Origin: Terriglobia bacterium
GTDB lineage: Bacteria > Acidobacteriota > Terriglobia > 20CM-2-55-15
Direction of reading: 5' to 3'
Length of the DNA stretch: 64,000 nucleotides
NCBI GenBank assembly: GCA_965198225.1
Contig: CBDAOY010000006.1
Coordinates: forward strand, 1 to 64,000
Shown here: positions 39,661 to 50,591 of the stretch, in pieces
Numbering within the stretch: position 1 is the first letter of the stretch
How the letters are laid out: each line of letters begins with the position of its first letter
Position numbers and translations under genes: made by a program
Notes under the pieces: model-generated
The model's database searches: none
Seen by the model: only the letters and a program-made list of their open reading frames with translations
Told to the model about the DNA's origin: nothing

Positions 39661-42278
39661 GGCACCGGCACCTTTTCCTTCAACTCCTCGAACCAGTTCT
39701 GGACGACGTTGATCCGGCGTGGAGTTGCGAGCGCGCCCGTTGCTCCTCCTGGGATAATCAAGAAGCGTTCGTGTTCGGGATCGAAGCCGTCCACGCGGAA
39801 GTCAAACGGGAGTTCGAAAAGGGTTTGGACTTCACCTCGCCTGAAATCCGGTTGGGTCTGGACCGTCACGGCCATCATCTTCTGGTAATCCGGACCTACA
39901 CCGCGAAAGTAGAGCCGGTTCCCGTCCTGCGACCAGGTGTTCCAGCCGCCCTGGGGACCGTTCGCGGTGTAAACCAGGCGGCCGGATCCAGGCCCGGGGA
40001 AGGGCGTCACCCACAACTGGTTCCCATCGTCTGTCACTCGCAAATAAGAAATCCATCTTCCGTCCGGGGAAAAATTGGCTGCTCCTGCGTTCTCGGTCTG
40101 CGATTTTGCACTGCCCTCCTCGACGGAAAACACCCAGACGGTTCCCTGCCCCCGCAGCCCCGAAGTAAAAACCATGAATCGGCCGTCGGCGGACCAGTTC
40201 GTCTCGAGCACTCTCTGCTCGTGCTCCCAGAGCAGCTGGGGCGGTTCGCTGCCATCGGCCTTCTGCCAGTAGATGCGTTCCTCGATCGCATACGTCACCC
40301 GTTCGCCGTCGGCGGACCAGGCCAGTGCCAGAACCGGCTGGTCCTCATCCGTCAGCTGAACAGGAGTTCCGGTTTCCACGTCGTAGACCCAGATGGACCT
40401 TGACCTTCCGTCCTCGCCGTCGGCAAGGGCCGCGATCCGCCGACCATCGGGTGAACTAACGGACCTGCGATACGTTTGCGGTCCGTCGAGGAGGGTGGTG
40501 ACCTCGCCATCGAGGCTCACCCACTGAACGCTGGACGTCTGACCTGTCCAGTGACCCGGCAGGTAGGCAAGCGTTCCGGAAGCACCGAAAGACGCGTGCA
40601 CACTGCTGGTGGTGAAAACCTCTTTCATCACGGACATCGGTGTTCCTCGGAGCTCAAGGTCGTCGACGTCGAAAGGAACTGCGACCAACTCGCCTCCCCG
40701 TCCGTAGACGAGATGGCCGGTTGGCGCGTAGCGAGCGTCGATGCCTCCCTCAAACAAGACTGTGCGTTCGTCGGATCCCACCGATTGGACGATCCGCAGA
40801 GCCGGTTCAAACCCATGATATCGCCCGAAAAGCACCGACTTTCCGTCGGACAACATCTGGGGCACGCCAAGGAACTCGCCCTCGCGCGCCGGGATCAACA
40901 ACTCTGGAGTGCCGCCGCCGGCAGAAACTCTCAGTATTCCGCCTCGATCCCCGTAGAGGACCGCATCGCTGTCCAACCAACTGCCCATATTGTACCGGGG
41001 TGCTTCTGTGAGAGCTTCCGGGGCGCCACCCTCGATCGCAACCTTCCTGAGCTCACGTGTCGCGCCCGAGAAATACGCGATCCACCGCCCGTCCGGCGAA
41101 AAGAACGGATCTTGCGCGCCATTCGTTCCGGCAATGGGCGTGACGGCATCCCGGCCGAGGTCCCAGACGTGGAGCTGTCCGTTTGCGACATAGACGATCT
41201 GGGTCCCATCGGGCGAGACCGTGAGGACGGGTAGCGTAAGGCTAGGTCCGAAAGCTTGATCGTCGGGAAGCTCCAGATGAAAACGCGTCATGGGGCTCGG
41301 TTCAGTTGGGACTGGCGGCTTCAAGTACCACCCACCAACGGCTGCGACTACTACGGCCATCGCCAATGTCGCCGCATAGGGAAGCAAGTGCCGCCGCTGG
41401 GGTGTCGCTTCCCCAAGGGCTCCCGCCGGACTGGAAAGTGTTTCTTCGATCTCCAACCGTACGTCCGCGATCGCATGCCACCGACGCTTCGGGTTCTTGT
41501 CCAGGCAACGTTCGAGCAGTCGTCGAATGCCTGGATTGAGGTGGCGTGGCAGGTCAGCAAGATTCGGTTCGCGCTCAAGGATTGCTGCGATCGTGTCGGA
41601 GAGCGTGTTCCCTTTGAAAGGGGTTCTTCCTGTTAACATTTCGAACAGCACACACCCGAACGCCCAGACATCAGACCGATGATCGGCCGGCTGCCGTCGC
41701 GCCTGCTCCGGGCTCATGTACGCCGGCGTGCCAAGCAGCACTCCCTTGGCGCTCTCGGCATTCTCCGCCAGCGTTTCAAGGACCGTTTCATCGCCCATCG
41801 CCGTACCGGCATAGGCCTTCGCCAGCCCGAAGTCCAACACCTTTACTTTGCCTTCGGACGTGACCTTGATGTTGGCGGGCTTCAGGTCCCGATGGATGAC
41901 GCCCTTCTCGTGGGCGGCTTCGAGGGCTTCGGCGATCTGGAGGGCGAGTTCGAGGGATTCCTGGACGGGAAGGGGCCCGCGGACCAGTCGTTCCGAAAGA
42001 GTCTGGCCTTCGACCAACTCCAGGACGAGGAAGCGTGTTCCCTCGGATTGCTCCAGCCCGTAGATAGCCGCGATGTTGGGATGGTTCAATGACGCAAGCA
42101 GCTTGGCTTCACGTTCGAAGCGTGCGACCCGTTCGGCGTCGCTCGCGAATTCCTCAGGCAGAACCTTGATCGCCACACTCCGGCCGAGCTTCGTATCGGT
42201 GGCCTGATACACCTCTCCCATGCCACCTTTACCGATGGCCCGGGTGATTTCGTAATGGGCCAGTGTCTTGCCGATCAT
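39657..42278 (-). CDS. Array kinase K5 (clade A, VPVP-type propeller)
   Basis: Intact 873-aa ORF; its stop overlaps the K4 start (ATGA). Confidence 0.95.
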   Translation of the reverse strand: MIGKTLAHYEITRAIGKGGMGEVYQATDTKLGRSVAIKVLPEEFASDAERVARFEREAKLLASLNHPNIAAIYGLEQSEGTRFLVLELVEGQTLSERLVRGPLPVQESLELALQIAEALEAAHEKGVIHRDLKPANIKVTSEGKVKVLDFGLAKAYAGTAMGDETVLETLAENAESAKGVLLGTPAYMSPEQARRQPADHRSDVWAFGCVLFEMLTGRTPFKGNTLSDTIAAILEREPNLADLPRHLNPGIRRLLERCLDKNPKRRWHAIADVRLEIEETLSSPAGALGEATPQRRHLLPYAATLAMAVVVAAVGGWYLKPPVPTEPSPMTRFHLELPDDQAFGPSLTLPVLTVSPDGTQIVYVANGQLHVWDLGRDAVTPIAGTNGAQDPFFSPDGRWIAYFSGATRELRKVAIEGGAPEALTEAPRYNMGSWLDSDAVLYGDRGGILRVSAGGGTPELLIPAREGEFLGVPQMLSDGKSVLFGRYHGFEPALRIVQSVGSDERTVLFEGGIDARYAPTGHLVYGRGGELVAVPFDVDDLELRGTPMSVMKEVFTTSSVHASFGASGTLAYLPGHWTGQTSSVQWVSLDGEVTTLLDGPQTYRRSVSSPDGRRIAALADGEDGRSRSIWVYDVETGTPVQLTDEDQPVLALAWSADGERVTYAIEERIYWQKADGSEPPQLLWEHEQRVLETNWSADGRFMVFTSGLRGQGTVWVFSVEEGSAKSQTENAGAANFSPDGRWISYLRVTDDGNQLWVTPFPGPGSGRLVYTANGPQGGWNTWSQDGNRLYFRGVGPDYQKMMAVTVQTQPDFRRGEVQTLFELPFDFRVDGFDPEHERFLIIPGGATGALATPRRINVVQNWFEELKEKVPVP

Positions 42279-42289
42279 AAGTTCGTTAC

Positions 42290-42360
42290 GTGTAGGTGCG
42301 GTCTATGACCGCACGTCTTTGCAGGCCTGACTTTTGTGCGCTCATAGAGCGCACCTACAC
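42290..42360. repeat. REPIN, 11 nt upstream of the K5 ATG
   Basis: Same doublet, 21-nt spacer. Confidence 0.9.
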
Positions 42361-42420
42361 CTGGGGCGATGCGACATAGCGTCGCTTGTTTTGAATTCAA
42401 TCGGTTGACCTCTCTCCGCA

Positions 42421-45074
42421 TCAGCTGCTACCAGGCCAGCCCTTCCTGACATGGATTACGTCGGAGCCGGGTTGTTCGACACCCTGGACGAAGTAGAAGC
42501 GAGAACCATCAGGGGATACGGCCAGAGGACTCATTCGTGGCACAAGATACGCGGGCGCACGGACGGAGAACAGCCGTTCCGGGCGTGAGAAGTTCAAGGT
42601 TCTCCCTTCGGCCCTGACCCGTACGGACCAGACGAACCGCATAGCGTCTTCGAAGTCCAGATAGGCGATTTCCTTCCCGTCCCCGCGCCACTGGGGATTG
42701 AGGCCGTTCCCAATCGATTGTCTGTTCTCGACCCCGCCTGGAAAAGGCTGGACGTAGATCGCACTCGTTCCGTTCTCATCAATTATCCCGTAAACGATCC
42801 ATTGGCCATCGGGGGAGAATCTCGGCGTATAGACTGTGTCTCCTGTGTCGACAAGAAGCCTATCGGTGCCCTCGCCAGCCCCAACCCGTGCGGAAGAAGC
42901 GGTTAAGCCCGGCCCCGTGTAAAGAATCTCGGTGCCATCCGGCGAAGTGTCCTCCGGGAAGCCGGCTGTCACCAGCCCCATCTGCTGGGGATCGGCCGAA
43001 CCGTCGACGGGGCGTTCGAAGATCCGCCACGGAGGCCCGTCCTCGACCGAGGCCAACCCGAGAAGGCCGGAGCCGTCCGGAACCCAGAACCAAACACCGG
43101 CTCCGAGAGGGTTGCGGCCGGACTGGTTCGGACGCAGGAGCCATTTGCCGTCGGCTAGCAGACGCGTTCCATCCGGCGAGAGAACGATTGAGCCCAGAGC
43201 GCCCTCTGGCCCGGCCGTCTCGATCTCGTTGCCCTGACGGTCAAGACCGTCACCTGAGCCAGGGCGGCCCGTCCTGGCCGCCATGCCAGCGTTCCGGAGT
43301 GCGAAACGGAAAAGTGTGCTGTAAAACTGGTGATACCCGGCATCGAGGCGACATTCTCCTCGACGAGCTCGGCATCGCCTTCCAGACGCCGCTGGTCGAC
43401 GTTCAGAGTCTGGGCATACAGGTTGTCGTTCCGGATGAAGAGGAGCCGCCCGCCGCCGGCCGGCGTGTAACGGGCTGCCGTCGTCGCCGGTAGCAGTCGG
43501 ACAGGATTGGTGGCGTTGCCGTCCTGGAACGTCGCCAGATAGATGTCTCCCCCTTCGTCTTCTTCTCTGTCGGAATCGATGGGCACGAACAGAAACATGA
43601 AGTCTTCACTGTCCGGCAGGAAGTGCGGATAAAAGAAAGCACCTTCTTCCAGACCAGGCACCTCCACCGGTCGGAATTCACCACCGGAGTCTCCCGTCGC
43701 GAACAACTCGAAAGAAGTTTCACCAACATGAGAAAGCAGGATTGTGCCGTCGTGACTCCACGTGCCGCCGCGAGTAGGGCCGATTGACTCCGCGATGGAT
43801 TCGGGCGCGCCATCGGGCACGCGAACCTTGATGAGGCCAGTGGTCGAGGGAAACACCACGTGCCGGGAGTCAGGGGACCAGAATGCCGCGTTACTGATCG
43901 GGATCCCGCCGAGTGGAAGGGGTTCGAAGGAATCGAGGGGGCGCACCCAGATTCCACCACCCGATTGGAACAGCAAAGAAGAGCCGTCCGGGGAGATCTC
44001 AGGAGTTGCGGCCAGGCCGCCGACGGGGCGAAAAGAGCTTCCGTCGGGAGGAAGGACGGTGAGCTCGAAGCCGGAACCCGGCCCGGTCGCCGGCATCCGA
44101 TCAAAGTAGGGTAGGTACACGAATAGGGCAATCAGCGATGCGGCGGCGGCGACCGCCCAGGCCACCCGTTCCCGACCTGGTCTCGAGCTTGTGAACTCGC
44201 GGTCGACTACGGCCGCAGCGTCCGCCGCGCCTTGGACGATCCACCTCAGCTCGCGCATCAAATCGCCGGCGCTCTGCCAGCGGTCGTCCGGGTCCTTTGC
44301 GAGGCACTGACGTACCAATCGATCCAACGCTGCCGGTACCAGCTCGTGAAGCTCGGACATGGGTCGCGGGTCATTCTGCATGATCGCAGCGATCAGGCTC
44401 GCCTGGCTCGCTCCCTCGAAGGCCTTCCTCCCTGTGACTGTCTCGTAGAACACGGTACCGAACGCGAAGATATCCGTCCGGGCATCGGTATCGCGGCTCT
44501 CAAGCTGTTCGGGGGCCATGTACTGAAGCGTGCCGAGGATCTCCCCTTCCACCGTCAACGGCTCCTTCTCTTCAACCGTGGACCGTTCCTCGAGCGAGGC
44601 TCGTTTCGTGTCGAGCTTGGCCAGACCGAAGTCCAGCAGCTTCACGCCCGACTTCGTCACCATGATGTTGCCGGGCTTGAGATCCCGATGGACGACGCCC
44701 TGCCGGTGTGCCTTATCGAGCGCGTCGGCGATCTGGATGGCGTACTCCAGCGCCTGATCGAGGTTCAGCGAGCCTTTCTCCAGCCTCTTGGCTAGCGTTT
44801 CTCCCTCGACGTACTCCATGACGAGGTAGTGGATGCCGTCGGCTTCGCCGATGTCGTGGAGCGTGCAGATGTGGGGGTGGTTCAGGCTGCTGACGGCCCG
44901 GGCTTCACGCTCGAAGCGTTCCCGGCGCCTGGGATCGTCGGCGAGGTGTTCGGGGAGAACCTTGATCGCAACGGTGCGGTCCAGGCGGGTGTCGGTCGCC
45001 TGATACACCTCTCCCATGCCACCTTTGCCGATGGCCCGGGTGATTTCGTAGTGAGCCAGTGTCTTGCCGATCAT
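42421..45074 (-). CDS. Array kinase K6 (clade B); 1-nt frameshift near 43243
   Basis: AVSSLNHPHICTLHDIG, GTLQYMAPE; adding one T restores VTVFDRQGNEIETAG. Confidence 0.9.
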
Positions 45075-45085
45075 AAGTTCGCTAA

Positions 45086-45147
45086 GTGTAGGTGCGGTCT
45101 ATGACCGCACGTCTTTGCTTTTGTGCGCTCATAGAGCGCACCTACAC
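45086..45147. repeat. REPIN (12-nt spacer), 11 nt upstream of the K6 ATG
   Basis: Same doublet with a shortened spacer. Confidence 0.9.
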
Positions 45148-45177
45148 TCGCTGGGATTCGAAACAACGCGCCGTGCT

Positions 45178-47826
45178 TCATTGGTTTTCCTCTAGGAGGG
45201 ATGTCCAATTGAGGAAGACCGAAATCGACGCGGGCACTTCATTGCGAATGGTTGGGACGAGGAAGCGCTCGCCGTCACCCGCTGCCGCGTACCGATTCCT
45301 TATGTCGAATGGACCCAATGGCGAGGGTTCCAGGCTCAGTTCGAACAACGTTTCCGGTAAAGCTGCCTCGAGTGTCGAAGAGGTCGTTTCAACCTGAACC
45401 GCCATCAAATTGGAATCCGGATCAAGGTAAAAAATCTCCGTACCGTCGCGTTTCCACCCTGGCTGTCCGCCGCCATCGGTTGAAATTTTCCACTTTCCAA
45501 GACCAGTCGGAAAACTTTGGACGTAAACCTCATGGCTGCCCGACTCGTTCGAGACGTACGTAATCCATCTTCCGTCCGGCGACAATTGAGCGTGGCGTTC
45601 GTCGAACAATGTCTCCAGCAAGGGCTCCGGTTCTCTGTCTCCGATCAACGGCAACAGCCACACGTCCCAGTTGCCTGCCTGATTCAACTTTTCGTAGATA
45701 ACGACCGGACCGTCCGGGGACCAGTCGGTCGGATAGATTTCATCGCTCGCGCTCAATAGCTCTTCGGCTTGACCGGAACCGCTCGACGATTTCAGGTTCA
45801 AAGACCAGGAACCAGTCTCTGTTGAACTGGAGTAGACGATCGAGCTGCCGTCGGATGCCCAGACGGCACTCTGATCGTGAGAATCCTGATCGAATGTGAA
45901 TCGGGAGGTTGTGCCCCGTGACAACTCCAGTAGCCACAAGTTCATCCCGGTTTCGGCGTGCCGCTCGATGACCACTCTTTCTTCGTCCGGTGAAAACCAC
46001 GGGCCATAGTAACCACTCCTAACAACAGGGCTTGCGGTGCCCAGTTCCTGTCCCTTACGGTCGAACCAAACAAGCTGGGTTGAAAGGTTGAGCTGACCAC
46101 TAGGAATCCCGGCTACAACTCCGTTGACCGATGACGAGACGGCAAGACTGAGGTCGGTGGCTATTGGTACGGGCTCACCTTCGATGCGTAGGTTTGCTGC
46201 ATCGAACGGAATAGCCTCCAGCGTACCTGCGCGTGCGAGCAGAAGGTGTCCCAGTGCGTAGTTGACGATCAGGAAACCGTCCATCAGGTGCGTCGTTTCT
46301 CCCGAATCGAGCGACCCGACGTAGACACCTGCGCCCTCGCTATTTACAGCGATATAGAGAAAATGGCGGCCATCAGGCAGGAAATGCGGCCACAGGTGTC
46401 TGTCTTCCCGCCTCGCCTGGTCCAGCGTTGTCACGGGGATCGCATCGCCGCCATCCTCTGACACTCGATACAGTCCACCTCCCGTCGAGATATTGTCTGT
46501 AAATACTATTTCGCCCTCTGCGTTCCAGGTCCCGCTCAAAAACGCGTTGACGGCGCACAGCGGCTGTGCCTGCCGAAGTTGCCCGCCGGATCTCGCAACT
46601 TTTTGAAGCATTGCCCCATCTGAAAAGCCAATGAACCGGCTGTCAGGCGACCAAAAAGCCATACCTACGGCACCTTCGGTTCCGGGCACGGGTCGCAACT
46701 CACGAGAGTCGAGATCGCGTAGCCAAATCTTGGAGCTCCCCGACTCGTTGGCCACGATAGCGATGTGCCGACCGTCCGGAGAGACCGCGCCTGGAAGGCG
46801 AAACATAAGTCCGTCAGGGGGTGAGATTTCGAAACGAGTCAGTGGCGCGGTCGATTGCGACTGGCGGTAGAGGGCGAATCCGAAAAAGATGGCCAAGATC
46901 GAAGCCAGCACCGTCGTCACGAGCAGGACGCGTTCTAGCAGCTTGTTTCGCCTCGTGACCGATGGGGACAACGTCGAGCCTTCATCGGTAATCCCTTCCA
47001 GCTGCAATACCACATCGTGAATTGCACTCCAGCGCCGGTCCGGATCCTTCGCCAGGCATCTCCTTACCACCCGGTCGAGCAGGCTCGGCACGCCGGTTCG
47101 CACGGACGACATCGGCGCAGGCTCCGACTGAAGAATTGCCGCGATGAGGTTGGCCGAGCGTTCTCCCTGGAACGCCTTCTTTCCGGTCACCATTTCGTAG
47201 ATCATGGCGCCAAACGCGAAGACGTCCGTCCGGGCATCGGTGTCGCGGCCCTCCAATTGTTCGGGGGCCATGTACTGGAGCGTGCCGAGGATCTCTCCTT
47301 CCACCGTCAGCGGTTCCTTCTCTTCGACCGTGGATTGCTGTTCGAGTGGGGCGCGTCGCGCTTCAAGCTTCGCCAGGCCGAAGTCCAGAAGCTTCACGCC
47401 CGACTGGGTCAACATGATGTTGCCGGGTTTCAGGTTCCGATGGACGACACCCTGTCGGTGCGCTTTGTCGAGGGCGTCGGCGATCTGGATGGCGTACTCC
47501 AGCGCCTGGTCGAGCTTCAGGGGTCCCCTCGCCAGCCGGCTGGCCAGCGTGTCCCCCTCGACGTACTCCATGACGATGTAGTGGATGCCGTCGGCTTCGC
47601 CGATGTCGTGGAGCGTGCAGATGTGCGGGTGGTTCAGGCTGCTGACGGCCCGTGCTTCGCGCTCGAATCGTTCCCGGCGCTTGGGATCGTCGGCGAGGTG
47701 TTCGGGGAGAACCTTGATCGCCACGGTGCGGTCCAGACGCGCGTCGGTCGCCTGATACACCTCTCCCATGCCACCTTTGCCGATGGCTCGGGTGATTTCG
47801 TAGTGAGCCAGTGTCTTGCCGATCAT
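45178..47826 (-). CDS. Array kinase K7 (clade B) with HRD->HRN catalytic-loop change; possible pseudokinase
   Basis: Intact 882-aa ORF; VVHRNLKPGN (AAC codon at 47434-47436); ends VFLNWTSLLEENQ. Confidence 0.9.
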   Translation of the reverse strand: MIGKTLAHYEITRAIGKGGMGEVYQATDARLDRTVAIKVLPEHLADDPKRRERFEREARAVSSLNHPHICTLHDIGEADGIHYIVMEYVEGDTLASRLARGPLKLDQALEYAIQIADALDKAHRQGVVHRNLKPGNIMLTQSGVKLLDFGLAKLEARRAPLEQQSTVEEKEPLTVEGEILGTLQYMAPEQLEGRDTDARTDVFAFGAMIYEMVTGKKAFQGERSANLIAAILQSEPAPMSSVRTGVPSLLDRVVRRCLAKDPDRRWSAIHDVVLQLEGITDEGSTLSPSVTRRNKLLERVLLVTTVLASILAIFFGFALYRQSQSTAPLTRFEISPPDGLMFRLPGAVSPDGRHIAIVANESGSSKIWLRDLDSRELRPVPGTEGAVGMAFWSPDSRFIGFSDGAMLQKVARSGGQLRQAQPLCAVNAFLSGTWNAEGEIVFTDNISTGGGLYRVSEDGGDAIPVTTLDQARREDRHLWPHFLPDGRHFLYIAVNSEGAGVYVGSLDSGETTHLMDGFLIVNYALGHLLLARAGTLEAIPFDAANLRIEGEPVPIATDLSLAVSSSVNGVVAGIPSGQLNLSTQLVWFDRKGQELGTASPVVRSGYYGPWFSPDEERVVIERHAETGMNLWLLELSRGTTSRFTFDQDSHDQSAVWASDGSSIVYSSSTETGSWSLNLKSSSGSGQAEELLSASDEIYPTDWSPDGPVVIYEKLNQAGNWDVWLLPLIGDREPEPLLETLFDERHAQLSPDGRWITYVSNESGSHEVYVQSFPTGLGKWKISTDGGGQPGWKRDGTEIFYLDPDSNLMAVQVETTSSTLEAALPETLFELSLEPSPLGPFDIRNRYAAAGDGERFLVPTIRNEVPASISVFLNWTSLLEENQ

Positions 47827-47837
47827 AAGTTCACTAC

Positions 47838-47899
47838 GTGTAGGTGCGGTCTATGACCGCACGTCTTTGTTTTTGTGCGCTCATAGAGCGCACCTACAC
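47838..47899. repeat. REPIN (12-nt spacer), 11 nt upstream of the K7 ATG
   Basis: Same doublet with a shortened spacer. Confidence 0.9.
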
Positions 47900-47941
47900 T
47901 TGCTGGGATGCTAAACAACGGTCCGAGTTGGGTGCCGGAGG

Positions 47942-50363
47942 TCATTGGTTTTCTTCGATGAGGGACGTCCAGTTGAGGAGGACTGAAATCGACGTGGGCG
48001 CCGCATCATCGACGAGCGTATCGACGAGGAAGCGCTGGCCATCACTGGTGGCGAGGTATTGGTTCCTGCCGCCGAGCGGGCCTGCAAGGGCCGTTGGTTG
48101 GAGGTTCGGTTCGAACAGCTTTTGTGGAGAAGCCACCTCCAGCGCCGTTCCACCGGTTGCAAGCTGAACGGCCACCAGGTTAGTGTCCGGAGCGATGTAG
48201 AACACTTCCTTTCCGTCACGTCTCCATTTCGGCTGGCTGCCGCCATCCGTGGAAATCTGCCATTTGCCACCGCCCGTCGGGAAAGTCTGCGCGTAAATCT
48301 CCGCTCGCCCGGATTCGTTCGACGTGTAGAGAATCCACTTCCCATCCGGAGAGAATTGAGCCTGGCCTTCATCGAAAGGCGTTTCCAGCAGAGGTTCCGG
48401 TTCTTGATCCCGCGTCAGGGACAAAAGCCATACATCCCGGTCGCCCGCTCTGTTCAGCTTGTCGTAGAGAACGATAGAGCCGTCCAAAGACCAATCGGTC
48501 GGACTAATTAGCCCGGTGGACTCGACCAGCTGTTCGTCCTGACCCGTGCCGCTCGAGGGTCTCCGATTCAAAGACCAGACGCCGGCCTTCTCGCTTGTGT
48601 AGACGATGGAGCTCCCGTCCGGCGCCCAGACAGGGTATTGATCATGCGAATCCTGGTCGAATGTGAATCGCGAAGTCGTGCCCCGTGACAATTCGAGCAG
48701 CCACAAGTTCAGTCCAGTTTCGGCATGCCGTTCAAAGACGACTGTCCGTTCGTCGGGTGAAAACCACGGGAAGTAGTGCCCGGCGTTGTCGGCTGCGGTT
48801 GCGGTGCCCAACTCCTGTCCTTCGCGGTCGAACCAAACGAGCTGCGAGAGGGTAACCGATCCCGCGGGAGTGCCGGCTATGACGCCGTTGATCGAGGCCG
48901 ACAGAATACCGCCCAGACCTGTAGCGACCGGTATCGGGTCACCGGTCCGGCGAAGTCTGGTCGAGCGCGGTGAGGTGTGTTGCCTCGCCGCCCTCCTCGG
49001 AAACCCTGTACAGGACATCTCCGCTCGGTCCAGCAGGTGCAAAGACGATATCGCCTTGAGTATTCCAGGTTGCTCCCACCAATCCGATGGCCGCGCACAA
49101 CAGCTTGGGCGAACCGCCGGCCAGGCTGATTGTTTGAAGCGTACTCCCATCCGAAAAACCGATGAACTGACTGTCGGGTGACCAGAAGGCCCCAAATGGG
49201 TACGCCCCTTCGGTTCCGGGCACAGGTCGCATTTCCGCGGAGTCGAGATCCCGCAGCCAGATTTGCACCTCGCCGGAAGAACGATCCCGTGCCGCTGTGG
49301 CGATCTTCCGTCCATCCGGGGACACAGCAGGTGGGCCGAGAAGGATGAGGTCTTCTGGAGGTGTGACTTCAAGGCGTCGAAAAGGTGGTTCCGTTGTTAC
49401 GGTCTGCCGGTACAGTGTCGAGGAGATGAAGGCGACTGAGAGAACCAGGGTGACAGCTACTAAGACCCTTTCCCGGGTCTTGGAGTCCCTCGACGTAGGG
49501 GGCGACACTCCCCCATCTTCTTCACGTATCCCGTCGAGCTGCAGAACGACGTCGTGCAAGGCACTCCATCGATCGTCCGGGTCTTTGGCCAGGCATCTAG
49601 TGACCACTCGGTCCAGCAGGCGCGGCACGCCAGTTCGCACGGACGACATCGGTGTATGTTCCGACTGAAGAATTGCCGCGATGAGGTTTGCCGAGCGTTC
49701 TCCTTCGAACGCCTTCTTGCCAGTGACCATCTCGTAGAGAACGGCGCCAAAAGCGAATATGTCCGTCCGGGCGTCGGTATCGCGACCCTCCAACTGCTCC
49801 GGGGCCATGTACTGGAGCGTACCTAGGATCTCTCCTTCCACCGTCAGCGGTTCCTTTTCTTCGACGGTGGATTGCTGTTCCAGCGGAGCCGACTTCGCTT
49901 CGAGCTTCGCCAGGCCGAAGTCCAGCAGCTTCACGCCCGACTTGGTCAGCATGATGTTGCCGGGCTTCAGGTCCCGATGGACGACACCCTGCCGGTGCGC
50001 CTTGTCGAGTGCGTCGGCGATCTGGATGGCGTATTCCAGCGCCTGGTCGAGCTTCAGCGGTCCCTTCTCCAGTCGCCTGGCTAACGTCTCCCCGTCGACG
50101 TACTCCATGACGATGTAGTGGATGCCGTCGGCTTCGCCGATGTCGTGGAGCGTGCAGATGTGCGGGTGGTTCAGGCTGCTGACGGCCCGTGCTTCGCGCT
50201 CGAATCGTTCCCGGCGCCTGGGATCGCCGGCGAGGTGTTCGGGGAGGACCTTGATCGCCACGGTGCGGTCCAGACGCGCGTCGGTCGCCTGATACACCTC
50301 TCCCATGCCACCTTTGCCGATGGCCCGGGTGATTTCGTAATGAGCCAGTGTCTTGCCGATCAT
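47942..50363 (-). pseudogene. Array kinase K8 (clade B): intact kinase, about 225-bp out-of-frame deletion in the propeller
   Basis: Relative to K7, the segment between (T/A)LDQ and LRRTGDPIPVAT is missing at about 48956; ends VLLNWTSLIEENQ. Confidence 0.85.
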
Positions 50364-50374
50364 AAGTTCGTTAC

Positions 50375-50445
50375 GTGTAGGTGCGGTCTATGACCGCACG
50401 TCTTTGCTGTCCTGACTTTTGTGCGCTCATGGAGCGCACCTACAC
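50375..50445. repeat. REPIN, 11 nt upstream of the K8 ATG
   Basis: Same doublet; spacer nearly identical to that of 42290-42360. Confidence 0.9.
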
Positions 50446-50591
50446 GTGTCCTTTGGCTCGAACGAGGCTAAAAGTTAGGCCAATACTATGAAAGAAAGAT
50501 TTGTCGGTCAAACTTGGAAAACGTTTATTGGCCGAATTGAATCAGCCTTCTAACCCTAGATCGCGTGTGGATCTCTTGACGGACCTCCAGA

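Noticed and set aside
45092-48167. Recurrent small ORFs starting MRSMTA or containing CALIERTYT
   Set aside because: Translations of the REPIN sequence, not a protein family.
17144-50560. Integron cassette array (GTTAGAC at about 17191, GTTAGGC at about 50474, cassette-like genes)
   Set aside because: No integrase, and no paired RYYYAAC...GTTRRRY hairpins could be identified.
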